Positions 29,992 through 39,087 of a stretch of 64,000 nucleotides of DNA are shown here, piece by piece (position 1 is the stretch's first letter; each line of letters starts with the position of its first letter). A program made the position numbers and the translations under genes. Source of the stretch: an uncultured virus (IMG/VR IMGVR_UViG_3300022660_000071) (taxonomy: Duplodnaviria; Heunggongvirae; Uroviricota; Caudoviricetes); the IMG/VR virus record IMGVR_UViG_3300022660_000071; one strand, given 5' to 3'. The notes under the pieces were generated by a model. It was not told the DNA's origin, ran no database searches, and saw only the letters and a program-made list of their open reading frames with translations.

Positions 29992-30053
29992 AAATTAAAT
30001 TGTTCCTTGCAGTTATTTACGGTATGCACCCTATTTAATTTAGCTAATAATTT

Positions 30054-30485
30054 TTAATCAATAAAATAAATTGTCGTAGTGCCATTTAAGGTCTCAGCTG
30101 CTCTAACGGTAAAAGCACCTTCTTCCGCGATAATACTATCACCAGCCTGTATATCACCTGCTGCTTTTGTGCCAGATGTAGTCGGCACTAGATAATAATA
30201 AGGAACTTCTAATTTATCTGAAACCTGTTTTTTATAGCTTTTATCGTTTCCAGCTACAGTTTTTTTACCGTCTAACTCTAATACATAGCCTTCAGGAAAA
30301 TTCTCTAAATTATCTTCATATTTATTATTATAAATATTAGCTGCAATAACGCAATAAAGGTCCTTACCTTCGAGGTAGGCTGCTCGCATGTTAGGGTCGC
30401 CACTCAGGAATGTAGTTATACGTGGTTCTTGAGCCGAGTAGTCAGACCCAACCAGTTTATATAAAGTTCTTGTTTTTACTTTCAT
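30054..30485 (-). CDS. polA: Family A DNA polymerase fragment 2 (motif A) with C-terminal Hint-like module
   Basis: LVGSDYSAQEPR and GKDLY; TAATG coupling to fragment 1. Confidence 0.88.
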   Translation of the reverse strand: MKVKTRTLYKLVGSDYSAQEPRITTFLSGDPNMRAAYLEGKDLYCVIAANIYNNKYEDNLENFPEGYVLELDGKKTVAGNDKSYKKQVSDKLEVPYYYLVPTTSGTKAAGDIQAGDSIIAEEGAFTVRAAETLNGTTTIYFID

Positions 30486-32362
30486 TAATACTTCCTCACA
30501 GTAAATTCATATTCTTTCTTTAGAACATCGTAGCGAACAACTTCAATAAGAGCAGGCCCCTCGTCTGTAAGCACACTATCTTTAAGCGCCACAATATCTT
30601 TACCGTATTTCCAGCCATCTATAGTTTCAATCTCAGAAATTTCAGGAAGAACAATTTGGTCTTGTTCAACCTCAATCTCATTAAATTCCTTCTTAGCTTC
30701 AAACAAAAGTCGAGTAATTTTACCATCACCACGTGAAGGAATATTCTGTGAGTTAAACCCAGAAATTTCAATAGGTTCGTCGCCATCTAAGAACTTAAAT
30801 TCACCACCTGAAGAAAAACGTCCTGTATCAGTACCAACAGAATTAAGCTTATAACGAATTCTTCCGTCAGGCCAATGCTTTGCAAGTTCAGGAAGTACGT
30901 CAATATAGGTAGATATAAGTTTAACTACACCTCTGCGTTCCAAAATCAGCTTACAGAGCGCAATATCGGTTCTCTCAGCCAAAGCTTCAAGCTCGTCTTT
31001 ACCTGTCCCACGAGGCGATTTTTTGCTTACAGTAGGGCATTTTAAGATGTCATAAAAGAGTATTGCGAGCTGTGTAGGCGACGCAAGGTTAATTTCATCA
31101 TCAAGCTGCTCAATTTTAGCCTTACCAAGCTTATATCTTTTGCCTGTTTTAGTATCAACAAATGGATATTTTTCTTCAATTTGAGCAAGTGATAATTTAG
31201 TTTTCTTAGGCTCAAATTGCTTAGTTTTTTCGGTTGCTCCACTCTTTGGGTCTGTTTTCCATTTATTAATTTTAGGTTCAAGTGCTTTTAATTCATTAGC
31301 AATTCTGGCGTCTATTTCTTCTAAGTTTTGATTAAACTTTAATCTTAGACGTTCACCAAAATCTTGGTCAATACAAACACCAATAAGCTCAATGTCTCCT
31401 GCAACTTTTACAATTGGCATTTCAATGGTTTTAAACATCCAGTAAAGTCTTTCATTACCAGGAGCTTCTAAGATAGCGACTTGATATAAGTAAAGTTTAT
31501 CAGTCATCATTGAGTCAGTTGCAGCATATAGAGCAAAGATGTCAGGGTCGACGTATTTATAAGGAACTGTAAACAAACTTTCAATGTCGTACTTTTCTTG
31601 AGTAGGGTCAATCTTGGTAGTATACTGAATTTTAAGACCCATTTTTTCATTTTCATTGATAGTATGTGCACCAATCATTGTATCCCAGTTGGGCTCAATT
31701 TCAATATCACAAGTACATTTAATAACTTCGTAGTCGAACTTACCATTGTGCATTACTACAAAAGTATCAGCATCTTTAATTCTTTGAAGCTGTTCTCTAC
31801 AATCTACTTCAGTAAGTTGCCATTCAAGACGAACGCCTGTTTCTGGGTCAACGTGATTAACTGGAATATAGGCTTGTTTGCCGCCTTCATAATACAAACA
31901 AAGGCCCATAAGTTGACAAGTCATTGGATCAGTTGAGTTATTAGTTTCAGTGTCGACTGCAATTCTACCAAATTGAATGGCTTTAGATATATATTCTTCA
32001 AAGTCTTCTTTAGTCTTAATTACAATAACATTTTTACGTTGTTTACCTAAAACTTCTAAAACTTTTATCTTAATTAACGCAAGTTTTTCTGCCAACGATA
32101 CTTTTTTAGATTTTAATACTTTAGCTGCGTCTACTTCGTCCGCATCAGCGCTATTTATTTTATCTAATAGAGATTCTGCTTTAGGTTTATTTAACTCTAT
32201 ATTAAACTCTTCACTTGTAAATAAATTTTGATTAGTTAAGTTTTGACTTTGAACTACTACATTTGTTATTGGCGCTGCCCTTTTAATAAGTTCTTCGGGT
32301 GATACTTTAGGCTTTGGCTTTTTATCGATTTTCAAGTCAAAATCACTAAATAAACTACTCAT
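30485..32362 (-). CDS. polA: Family A DNA polymerase fragment 1 (3'-5' exonuclease, thumb) with C-terminal Hint-like module
   Basis: DTET, HNGKFD and YAATD exo motifs; NLASPTQL, TGRFSS and NSQNIP. Confidence 0.92.
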   Translation of the reverse strand: MSSLFSDFDLKIDKKPKPKVSPEELIKRAAPITNVVVQSQNLTNQNLFTSEEFNIELNKPKAESLLDKINSADADEVDAAKVLKSKKVSLAEKLALIKIKVLEVLGKQRKNVIVIKTKEDFEEYISKAIQFGRIAVDTETNNSTDPMTCQLMGLCLYYEGGKQAYIPVNHVDPETGVRLEWQLTEVDCREQLQRIKDADTFVVMHNGKFDYEVIKCTCDIEIEPNWDTMIGAHTINENEKMGLKIQYTTKIDPTQEKYDIESLFTVPYKYVDPDIFALYAATDSMMTDKLYLYQVAILEAPGNERLYWMFKTIEMPIVKVAGDIELIGVCIDQDFGERLRLKFNQNLEEIDARIANELKALEPKINKWKTDPKSGATEKTKQFEPKKTKLSLAQIEEKYPFVDTKTGKRYKLGKAKIEQLDDEINLASPTQLAILFYDILKCPTVSKKSPRGTGKDELEALAERTDIALCKLILERRGVVKLISTYIDVLPELAKHWPDGRIRYKLNSVGTDTGRFSSGGEFKFLDGDEPIEISGFNSQNIPSRGDGKITRLLFEAKKEFNEIEVEQDQIVLPEISEIETIDGWKYGKDIVALKDSVLTDEGPALIEVVRYDVLKKEYEFTVRKY

Positions 32363-32401
32363 TTACAACCTCCTGAAAATTTATATATAATATAATACAG
32401 T

Positions 32402-32432
32402 AAAAGCGCATCCAATTTTAGATGCGCTTTTT
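32402..32432 (-). terminator. Intrinsic terminator after ssb, fused to the polA promoter motif
   Basis: Minus strand AAAAGCGCATCTAAAATTGGATGCGCTTTT then ACTGTATTATA. Confidence 0.8.
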
Positions 32433-32456
32433 AAATTTATTCTTATTTTATTTAAA

Positions 32457-33365
32457 TTAGAAGCTAAAACCAGTAAAGTTTCTGGTAGCACCACCAAGTG
32501 CGTTTTCAGAAGGTACTACAGGAGTAGCTGGTGCAGTTGGTTGAACAGACGCTGGTGCAACAGGAGCTGTATAAACAGGAGTTGTAGGAGCGACAGGTTG
32601 AACTTGTGCAGGTGCTACGTAAGCAGGTGTTGCAGTTGCAGTATAAGCATTTGCTACAGCCGCCACATTATTTGCTGCTTGCTGATTATTCTGAACTCTT
32701 TCAGGGAATTGTCCAGTAGTAAGGAAGGTATTAATTTCCTCTGCGGTCTTTTCCCAGTAAGAATGTTTTGCAATATTAAAGTTAGTAAATGCTTTAAAAT
32801 CAGCAGGAATCATTTCAGGCTTAAATACAGGATGTGTAGCAGGAAGAACATCTACAGAATAAGTAGTTTGCATATCGCCTGCTTTACCATTACGAGTAAT
32901 AAGAACAAGAACGTTTCTAAGATCACCGGCAATCATAAGCTTATTAGCTAATTCACGAGAGAAACCTGCAGGACGGTCCCAAATAACAGGCATTGGAGGC
33001 GTGTAGCCAGTTGCAGAGTTAGGGTCACGATAAGAAACAATCATAGGAATAAACATCTTTTTAGATGCCTTACTAATAGAACCCTTAGGATTAGCCTGAT
33101 TAGCAGAACAAAGGGCACAGCCGGCTGTGTTCATGCCGAGAGGATTGTGGCAACTTACTTTAAGCCATTTGCCGCCCGCTTGAACAGTATGCACTGCTGC
33201 AAACATAAATTCATCAGTAGATGAAAGATTAATACGTGCGATAGCGATATCACCGTCGTTAGCAAGTTTGAAGTAGCCTACTTTAGTGCCGTCGCCACTT
33301 GATTGAGCTTGTTCTTGTGCTGCGATTTGTTGGTATTGGGCGTAATTGAATGTGGAATTTGACAT
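32457..33365 (-). CDS. Single-stranded DNA-binding protein (gp32-like)
   Basis: YFKL..DGD, H/C..CALC zinc ligands, ITRNGKAGD..TTY and a P/A-rich tail ending in Phe; in the replication cluster. Confidence 0.78.
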   Translation of the reverse strand: MSNSTFNYAQYQQIAAQEQAQSSGDGTKVGYFKLANDGDIAIARINLSSTDEFMFAAVHTVQAGGKWLKVSCHNPLGMNTAGCALCSANQANPKGSISKASKKMFIPMIVSYRDPNSATGYTPPMPVIWDRPAGFSRELANKLMIAGDLRNVLVLITRNGKAGDMQTTYSVDVLPATHPVFKPEMIPADFKAFTNFNIAKHSYWEKTAEEINTFLTTGQFPERVQNNQQAANNVAAVANAYTATATPAYVAPAQVQPVAPTTPVYTAPVAPASVQPTAPATPVVPSENALGGATRNFTGFSF

Positions 33366-33449
33366 TTTGTAAAAATCTCCTTGTATTGTTTTTGTATTTT
33401 TTATTTATTTTTTTTGTCATTGTCTGACATCTATATTATACAATAATAA

Positions 33450-34178
33450 TTACGAATTTTTATTGTATTTTTTGATTTTATTTTTATCTTTATATTGCCA
33501 ATGATAACCACCGGTTGTCTTTGCTCTGCCAGTTATACAGTTAGCAATGCCTGAAGCGTGACAACCGGTCTGTCTAGCAGCCTCAGCGATATTATAATAA
33601 GTAATATTGGTTTCGAGACAAACAACTTCATTTATTTGGCCTTCACTTATACGTTTATTCCACTCTGTAGGATGCTTACCAGTTTTCTTACCTAATTTTG
33701 CTTTGCGCATCTTTTCTTTTGCTTCATCAGACGTGCTATGCCCTAGTTTTTGTTTAGAAATTTTTACACAAGTTTCTACAGAATGTTTCCTACCTAAACC
33801 GGCAAGTCTTAACTTTTCTAAGGCTTCTGGTGTATGTTTGCAGCCAGCAAAAAATCCACCGTCACCTCCAGCAGAAATGTTATAGCCGTTATTACGAGCG
33901 TCATAAAAGTTAATCCAGTATTTTTCACGCTGATTCATTTCTTCTAAACTAAATACTTCTTCAAGAAGCTGTATACTAAAATTCTTATAGTTATGCTTAT
34001 TTATGGCAGGATATAGTCTAGAATTATAGCCGAAGCCAGTTCCAGACTCCATGCATTTCTGCCAACGTCTAGCTTCATAATAGTGCTCTTTCCAGCGCTT
34101 TTCTATTGTCTTAGTCGTCTTTCCAATATAAGGCTTATTGTTTAGTAAATTAGTTATTTTATAAATATAATAAGGCAT
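33450..34178 (-). mobile_element. Free-standing GIY-YIG homing endonuclease
   Basis: YIYKITNLLNNKPYIGKT, GYNISAGGDG, NUMOD3 repeats and C-terminal HTH. Confidence 0.92.
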
Positions 34179-34233
34179 TAAAATGATCTCCTAAATTAAA
34201 TTTTATTTACATTTAATTTAGCAAATAATTTTG

Positions 34234-34419
34234 TCATCGTTTGTCATTATTTTTATAAATTTCTGGCACTTCTTTGCCTAATAATTTATATACAGACTCT
34301 GCATTATACCTGTGCTGGCCATTAATAGTGACGTCAATTTTAACTTGGCCAGACTTTACATATCTAGCTAAGGTTCGTCTACAAATATCCAGTAGATTCA
34401 TTACTTCTTTTGCTTTCAT
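34234..34419 (-). CDS. Small MerR/excisionase-type HTH protein
   Basis: MKAKEVMNLLDICRRTLARYVKSG...NGQHRY; AGGAG RBS. Confidence 0.75.
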   Translation of the reverse strand: MKAKEVMNLLDICRRTLARYVKSGQVKIDVTINGQHRYNAESVYKLLGKEVPEIYKNNDKR

Positions 34420-34427
34420 ATTTACTC

Positions 34428-35399
34428 CTAGGAATTTTTAGCTATTTCCATAACTTTTTGAAATTCTTCGTAAGAATGTTCATTTGGGTCTTTTTTATTA
34501 GGTAACCAATGAACTTCTTTTATAATAATTCGAGGGTCTAGCCCAGCTCGAATTGTATTTGCCATACGTCTACCGGCAGGGTCATTATCCATAGCTAGGT
34601 AAAGTACTTTTATCGTTGATTTATTTATTGCATTTATTTGACTTGGCGAAGGATTGCCCCAGGTGCCAATGGCTGGATAACCGTAAGTATAACAAGTTAA
34701 GACATCGAAAGGCCCTTCACAAATCATAGCCGTAGATATATTATTATTTATAATATAATCTAAGCAATAAACTGGCTTATCTTGGTCTTTATCAATATAG
34801 AAAGTTTTATTATAAATAGACCTTCTTGGCGCCATAATAATTTTACCTGCTGTATCAAAACAAGGAAAAACTATCTGACTTGTGTGCGGGTCATATTTAA
34901 CTTTAAAAAGCTCGCAAACATCTCTTGAAAGTTTTCTATTTGCTAAATAAGGATGCCAATCTTGAAAGGTATCTAAATAGTTTGCCGGCAAGCGCACTGG
35001 CGCTCGATTCTGTTTTATAACAATATCATCGCATAATACAATGTTATTAGTCGCCTGCTTGCCAAATTTAGATTTCAACCAATTTTTAGCAAACTCTTGT
35101 GAACATTCGAAGCACTCAGCTACAAAGTCTACAAATTGACATTGAAAGTCGCAAGCCCAGCATTTACAAAAACCATACGGAATTTTAGAGCTACTTCCAA
35201 CATAAATATTCATTGCTGCTGAATGCTCACGTCCGCCTTTATGGTGTCTATTTGGGCAGGTTACGACGATATTATCATCGCCTTCACTCCAGGATTTTAT
35301 TTCACGTAACTTTCCATTTGTTAACGCCATTTTAAGCTGCAACACTACTTCATAAAGAGGCGTTTCAATTATATAGTTGTCAACTCTTAAAACTGGCAT
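34428..35399 (-). CDS. dnaG: DNA primase
   Basis: CP..HH...CWAC zinc finger; TOPRIM EGPFD, DND..G and KDPNE. Confidence 0.9.
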   Translation of the reverse strand: MPVLRVDNYIIETPLYEVVLQLKMALTNGKLREIKSWSEGDDNIVVTCPNRHHKGGREHSAAMNIYVGSSSKIPYGFCKCWACDFQCQFVDFVAECFECSQEFAKNWLKSKFGKQATNNIVLCDDIVIKQNRAPVRLPANYLDTFQDWHPYLANRKLSRDVCELFKVKYDPHTSQIVFPCFDTAGKIIMAPRRSIYNKTFYIDKDQDKPVYCLDYIINNNISTAMICEGPFDVLTCYTYGYPAIGTWGNPSPSQINAINKSTIKVLYLAMDNDPAGRRMANTIRAGLDPRIIIKEVHWLPNKKDPNEHSYEEFQKVMEIAKNS

Positions 35400-35409
35400 T
35401 ATTTACTCC

Positions 35410-36714
35410 TTAAAATGGGTTACCGTCATAACCAACAGAATAGCTATTTTCAATTTCTTCAAAGTCTTCTTCTGTAGTTACACCATCTTCACTATTTGAA
35501 ATATATCTATAATCACCTGAGTTTAAATTCCACAAGTAATCAAGCTTTCTACCGTCACCACCATCTCTAGCTTTTACGATATTCAAAGTTACTTTATGAG
35601 ACCCCGGGTGATTTGGGTCTTCTGCATCTTGCTTATCTACCATTAGAACAATAGTTGCGTCTTGGCCGATACGGTCAGAAAGTGAAATCTGAGAAGTATC
35701 TTGAGACTTGTCTTCATTCTTTGTTCTATTCATCTGGGAAACTGCAATAATAGGTATTTGTTTAAGCACTTGCAAATTTTTGATTGATTTTGAGATATTA
35801 GCAACCTTTTCATGAGCTACTTTTGCTCTGCTATTATCTTCAAGCAATGAATATTGGTCTACAAATAGAATATCGAGATTTTCTTTTTCAATAAAGGCTT
35901 GAAGTGCATCTACCGTAGCAGGTCCTGCAATATCGTTAGGTGTTAATACCTTAATAGGTCCATAGTTTGAACATTTAAGACTTTCTAAGTAATTTTTATA
36001 GTGGTCTTTATAGTAAAGGTCACCACGAGAAATCTTTCTATTATCAATTTTACCTAATAAAGTATCGATACGATAAGCTACTTTATCTACTGACATTTCA
36101 CCCGAATAAATACCTACAGTAAGTCCTTGCTTAGCTGCCGCCGCTGCGATAGTGAGCAATACCCAAGATTTACCAACACCAGGGCGAGCTGCAATAACCA
36201 TATTCTCGTTTCTGCGATCAATACCTGTAATAATCTTATCAAGTTCAGGAAAGCCAGTTGAAATAAAATATTTAGACTGATTTGCAATCATATCCAAATA
36301 ACGATCGTATCTTGAAGTATCTGATAAGATGTCAGTGCACTGAAGAGCCGAGCCAATATGAAGCTTATCAAGCGAATCTTTGAAATATTGCATTGCTCCC
36401 GTAGTGTCGTCTGCTTCTAACAACTTCTTCAAGTTATTAAGACGAGTTGCAAGATAGCTTTGATTATAATCATTATAAAGTTGCTCAATCAAATAATTAT
36501 CAGGCTCACTTACGTCCTGGATAACAAATTCAGGGAAGTGCTGTACGAAAGTAAGACGGTCAGGAACTGTGTGATAATTAGAATAATGAGCTTTAATAAA
36601 CTCATATTCTGCTTTATATCCATAGAAATGCTCAGCAGTAAGATTGTTTAAAGTAATTAAAGAGTAGTCTTTATTCTGAAGAACTTTATTAATAATTTGA
36701 AATTGTGCGATCAT
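35410..36714 (-). CDS. dnaB: Replicative helicase
   Basis: ARPGVGKS, SGEM, FVDQ, VSQMNR, IGQDA and KARDG. Confidence 0.93.
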   Translation of the reverse strand: MIAQFQIINKVLQNKDYSLITLNNLTAEHFYGYKAEYEFIKAHYSNYHTVPDRLTFVQHFPEFVIQDVSEPDNYLIEQLYNDYNQSYLATRLNNLKKLLEADDTTGAMQYFKDSLDKLHIGSALQCTDILSDTSRYDRYLDMIANQSKYFISTGFPELDKIITGIDRRNENMVIAARPGVGKSWVLLTIAAAAAKQGLTVGIYSGEMSVDKVAYRIDTLLGKIDNRKISRGDLYYKDHYKNYLESLKCSNYGPIKVLTPNDIAGPATVDALQAFIEKENLDILFVDQYSLLEDNSRAKVAHEKVANISKSIKNLQVLKQIPIIAVSQMNRTKNEDKSQDTSQISLSDRIGQDATIVLMVDKQDAEDPNHPGSHKVTLNIVKARDGGDGRKLDYLWNLNSGDYRYISNSEDGVTTEEDFEEIENSYSVGYDGNPF

Positions 36715-37394
36715 TAGTTAGCCTCCACTTTTAATACTCTTTTATCTGCGCCGAACAGTTCAATATCTGTCGACATATTTGCAATTCTACTAGTTAGTCT
36801 TTCACCTAAAGCCGTATAAAGCTGTTGTCTATTTAAGTTAGACGTATAAATATTTGATTTGCCCAAAGCAAGTCTATTGTCAATGATATTAAGTAAGTGA
36901 GTAAGCTCAAACTCTGAGCCCATCTTAGCCGCAATATCATCCCAAATTACTAGGTCAGCTTCCAAGACATTATCTTTAATATAGTCAACGTAAGCATTCT
37001 TACTTGAAATAGCGTCTTTGAGAGCCAACAAAAATCTAGGCACACTGATAAAAAGCACTCTACATTTTACTTCAGTACGCACCCAAATTTTATTAAAATA
37101 AGCCTCAGCCAAACGAAGACTCCAAGAAGACTTACCATTACCACAATTGGCAGAATGCAAATACAAATTTTTACCTTCATTTACGAAAGCTAGTATGTCT
37201 TGCTCAATAGCTGCGAGCTGTTTAAACTGCTCAAGGTCCGTACCATCTTCGTCTACTCTTAAAGTAATGTGCTTCTTTTGACTTTCTGTCATTAGAGCCG
37301 CTGAATAGAGCGAATCCATTTTATATTTTCTTAAGCAGAAGTCTTTATCACAATCTTTACCATTGCAGACTTCTCGCAAAAAACAAGTTGACAT
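36714..37394 (-). CDS. DnaC/DnaI-like helicase loader ATPase
   Basis: N-terminal Cys cluster, GNGKS, WDDI, YTSNL and GERLTSRI. Confidence 0.85.
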   Translation of the reverse strand: MSTCFLREVCNGKDCDKDFCLRKYKMDSLYSAALMTESQKKHITLRVDEDGTDLEQFKQLAAIEQDILAFVNEGKNLYLHSANCGNGKSSWSLRLAEAYFNKIWVRTEVKCRVLFISVPRFLLALKDAISSKNAYVDYIKDNVLEADLVIWDDIAAKMGSEFELTHLLNIIDNRLALGKSNIYTSNLNRQQLYTALGERLTSRIANMSTDIELFGADKRVLKVEAN

Positions 37395-37415
37395 TAGGTT
37401 CCTCCAAATTAAATA

Positions 37416-37967
37416 TTAAACGCCTGTTGAGCCAAAAGCACCTTCGCCACGATTAGTAAATTCAAAATCCTTATAAAATTCTTCAAAGGATACTTCATTA
37501 CCGCTAATTACCTCAATAGTAGAAGCATCGATAATTCTAGGAAGGAATTGTACAGCTTTTGTACCAAGACCGAGGTAAACAACTTTATCGGTGGTATTAA
37601 TAAGACTAATGTGAATAATACCTTGATAGTTAGCATCTACTACAGATGCGCCATATACAAGTCCATATTTAGTAGCAATACCAGACTTATTTTGTGCTTC
37701 AAGAGCTACATTAGCTGGGATAAAACTACGAATGCCAGAAGGAATATTTACACGACCGTGTGGCATAATTTTAATAACTGGTGTATTACCAGTTGTATAG
37801 TCGCGTACAGTATAATCTAAGGTAGCATTTTCAGGTGAGTTTTTAGCTTCAAAAGCTTTTGCAAATTCTTCTGTCATATTCGGAATGAAAAAGTCTACGC
37901 CTGCATTGCCATACTCTCTTTCAGGTGCTTTTACATCATAACCAGGTTCAATAAAAAATTTAATCAT
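37416..37967 (-). CDS. dut: Trimeric dUTPase
   Basis: AGVDF, NKSG, VVDANYQG and RGEGAFGSTG. Confidence 0.92.
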   Translation of the reverse strand: MIKFFIEPGYDVKAPEREYGNAGVDFFIPNMTEEFAKAFEAKNSPENATLDYTVRDYTTGNTPVIKIMPHGRVNIPSGIRSFIPANVALEAQNKSGIATKYGLVYGASVVDANYQGIIHISLINTTDKVVYLGLGTKAVQFLPRIIDASTIEVISGNEVSFEEFYKDFEFTNRGEGAFGSTGV

Positions 37968-38031
37968 TTTAAGTCTCCTTTAATTGTTTATAAAATATAA
38001 TACAGTAAAAGTTCTTCAAAATTTGCTGAAA

Positions 38032-38069
38032 TAAAAAAATTACCGCCTAGAAAAATCCTAAGCGGTAAT
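38032..38069 (-). terminator. Intrinsic terminator
   Basis: Minus strand ATTACCGCTTAG-GATTTTT-CTAGGCGGTAAT (12 bp, one G-U) followed by a T-run. Confidence 0.8.
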
Positions 38070-38172
38070 CAAAAATATATAAAAAATTTAAAGTATTATT
38101 TATGTATTATTTTTGTATCTTTTTAAAGTATCGCTTAGGTATTGTTTGGTATCAATCAGATGTTCCCATCTA
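38032..38172 (-). ncRNA. Putative ~135-nt non-coding RNA or cis-regulatory element
   Basis: Bounded by the GCTAAATTA motif (38175-38183) and a terminator; 5' AGATG-GGAA-CATCT hairpin; six RATAC repeats; only a 5-codon ORF. Confidence 0.5.
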
Positions 38173-38183
38173 ATTAATTTAGC

Positions 38184-38360
38184 TTATTTTTTATCCCAAG
38201 ATCTCAAGGATTTTTGAGGTTTTTGGCCGGAATTTCTATTTTTCAAGTATTGATAGTACTCATCCGTCGCCTCTCTGCAATAAGCAGAATTCGGTGTTGC
38301 CATACAACTTCGGCCAGTCCAATATCTACAAAAATTACATTTTGATGTTGCTTTATTCAT
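38184..38360 (-). CDS. Small Cys-rich protein, 58 aa, not in ORF track
   Basis: Hand translation MNKATSKCNFCRYWTGRSCMATPNSAYCREATDEYYQYLKNRNSGQKPQKSLRSWDKK; ATGA overlap with the upstream gene. Confidence 0.65.
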   Translation of the reverse strand: MNKATSKCNFCRYWTGRSCMATPNSAYCREATDEYYQYLKNRNSGQKPQKSLRSWDKK

Positions 38361-39082
38361 AAATTAATCGCCTTATAATATGTAGTATTTATTTTGGTGT
38401 AAAAAGTATAATTAACTGTTTCAGGTAATTGGCTATCGGTTAGTTTGTTTAAGTCTTTATCTGGTATAAAAAATTTAATTGTAGTAAGACTATCAGGTAG
38501 ATTTATCTCTAACAACCAAGGATAATACTTAGCTAAATCCGCAATCTCGTATAACGTATTATAACCGTCGGCTTTTTGGCTCGCCATCCATTTAGCCGAA
38601 CTGATTATATAAACTAAACAATAATCCGCTTTATGAAAATTAGTTGTTGCTTTCTTATTGTGATAGCTTTTTTCAGAAAAATACATTTTCGCTTCAATAG
38701 TAAACTGCTTACCATTACTAGTCATAAAATAAAAATCTGGGTCGTCTGTTCCGGTAGCACCTCTAATTAAACTATAGTGATCATCACCAACAAACTTAAG
38801 CGTATTAGGATTTGCCAAATATAAAGCGAGCTCTTGGCTAAAGGCATTTAAGAAAAACTGTAATCTGCCAATAGCATTATCACTTCCAGATTTATTCTTA
38901 CCTAGAGTATTCATAAACCTAATTAAATTAACTGTAGTAATATTTTTATCTTCTCTTTTATATACCTCACGCCAAAAAGCACCCATGTCTAATACAGCTA
39001 TGCCTCTAAGGTCATCACCTATAGTTGCTGGCTGTTCTGAATTTAGTATTATATCAAAAAATGTTTGTTGTTTAGTATCCAT
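38357..39082 (-). CDS. Hypothetical protein, possible PD-(D/E)XK nuclease
   Basis: DDPDFYF...TIEAK motif. Confidence 0.5.
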   Translation of the reverse strand: MDTKQQTFFDIILNSEQPATIGDDLRGIAVLDMGAFWREVYKREDKNITTVNLIRFMNTLGKNKSGSDNAIGRLQFFLNAFSQELALYLANPNTLKFVGDDHYSLIRGATGTDDPDFYFMTSNGKQFTIEAKMYFSEKSYHNKKATTNFHKADYCLVYIISSAKWMASQKADGYNTLYEIADLAKYYPWLLEINLPDSLTTIKFFIPDKDLNKLTDSQLPETVNYTFYTKINTTYYKAINL

Positions 39083-39087
39083 TTTTA

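Noticed and set aside
28950..30053. Group I intron carrying the GIY-YIG gene
   Set aside because: Only ~50-60 nt flank the endonuclease ORF, and these hold promoter and RBS motifs; no P7 or other core elements were recognisable. Not excluded without an Infernal search
30054..30694. Functional split inteins
   Set aside because: No Cys/Ser1 context, TxxH or terminal His-Asn plus nucleophile was found, so they are reported as dead Hint-like modules instead
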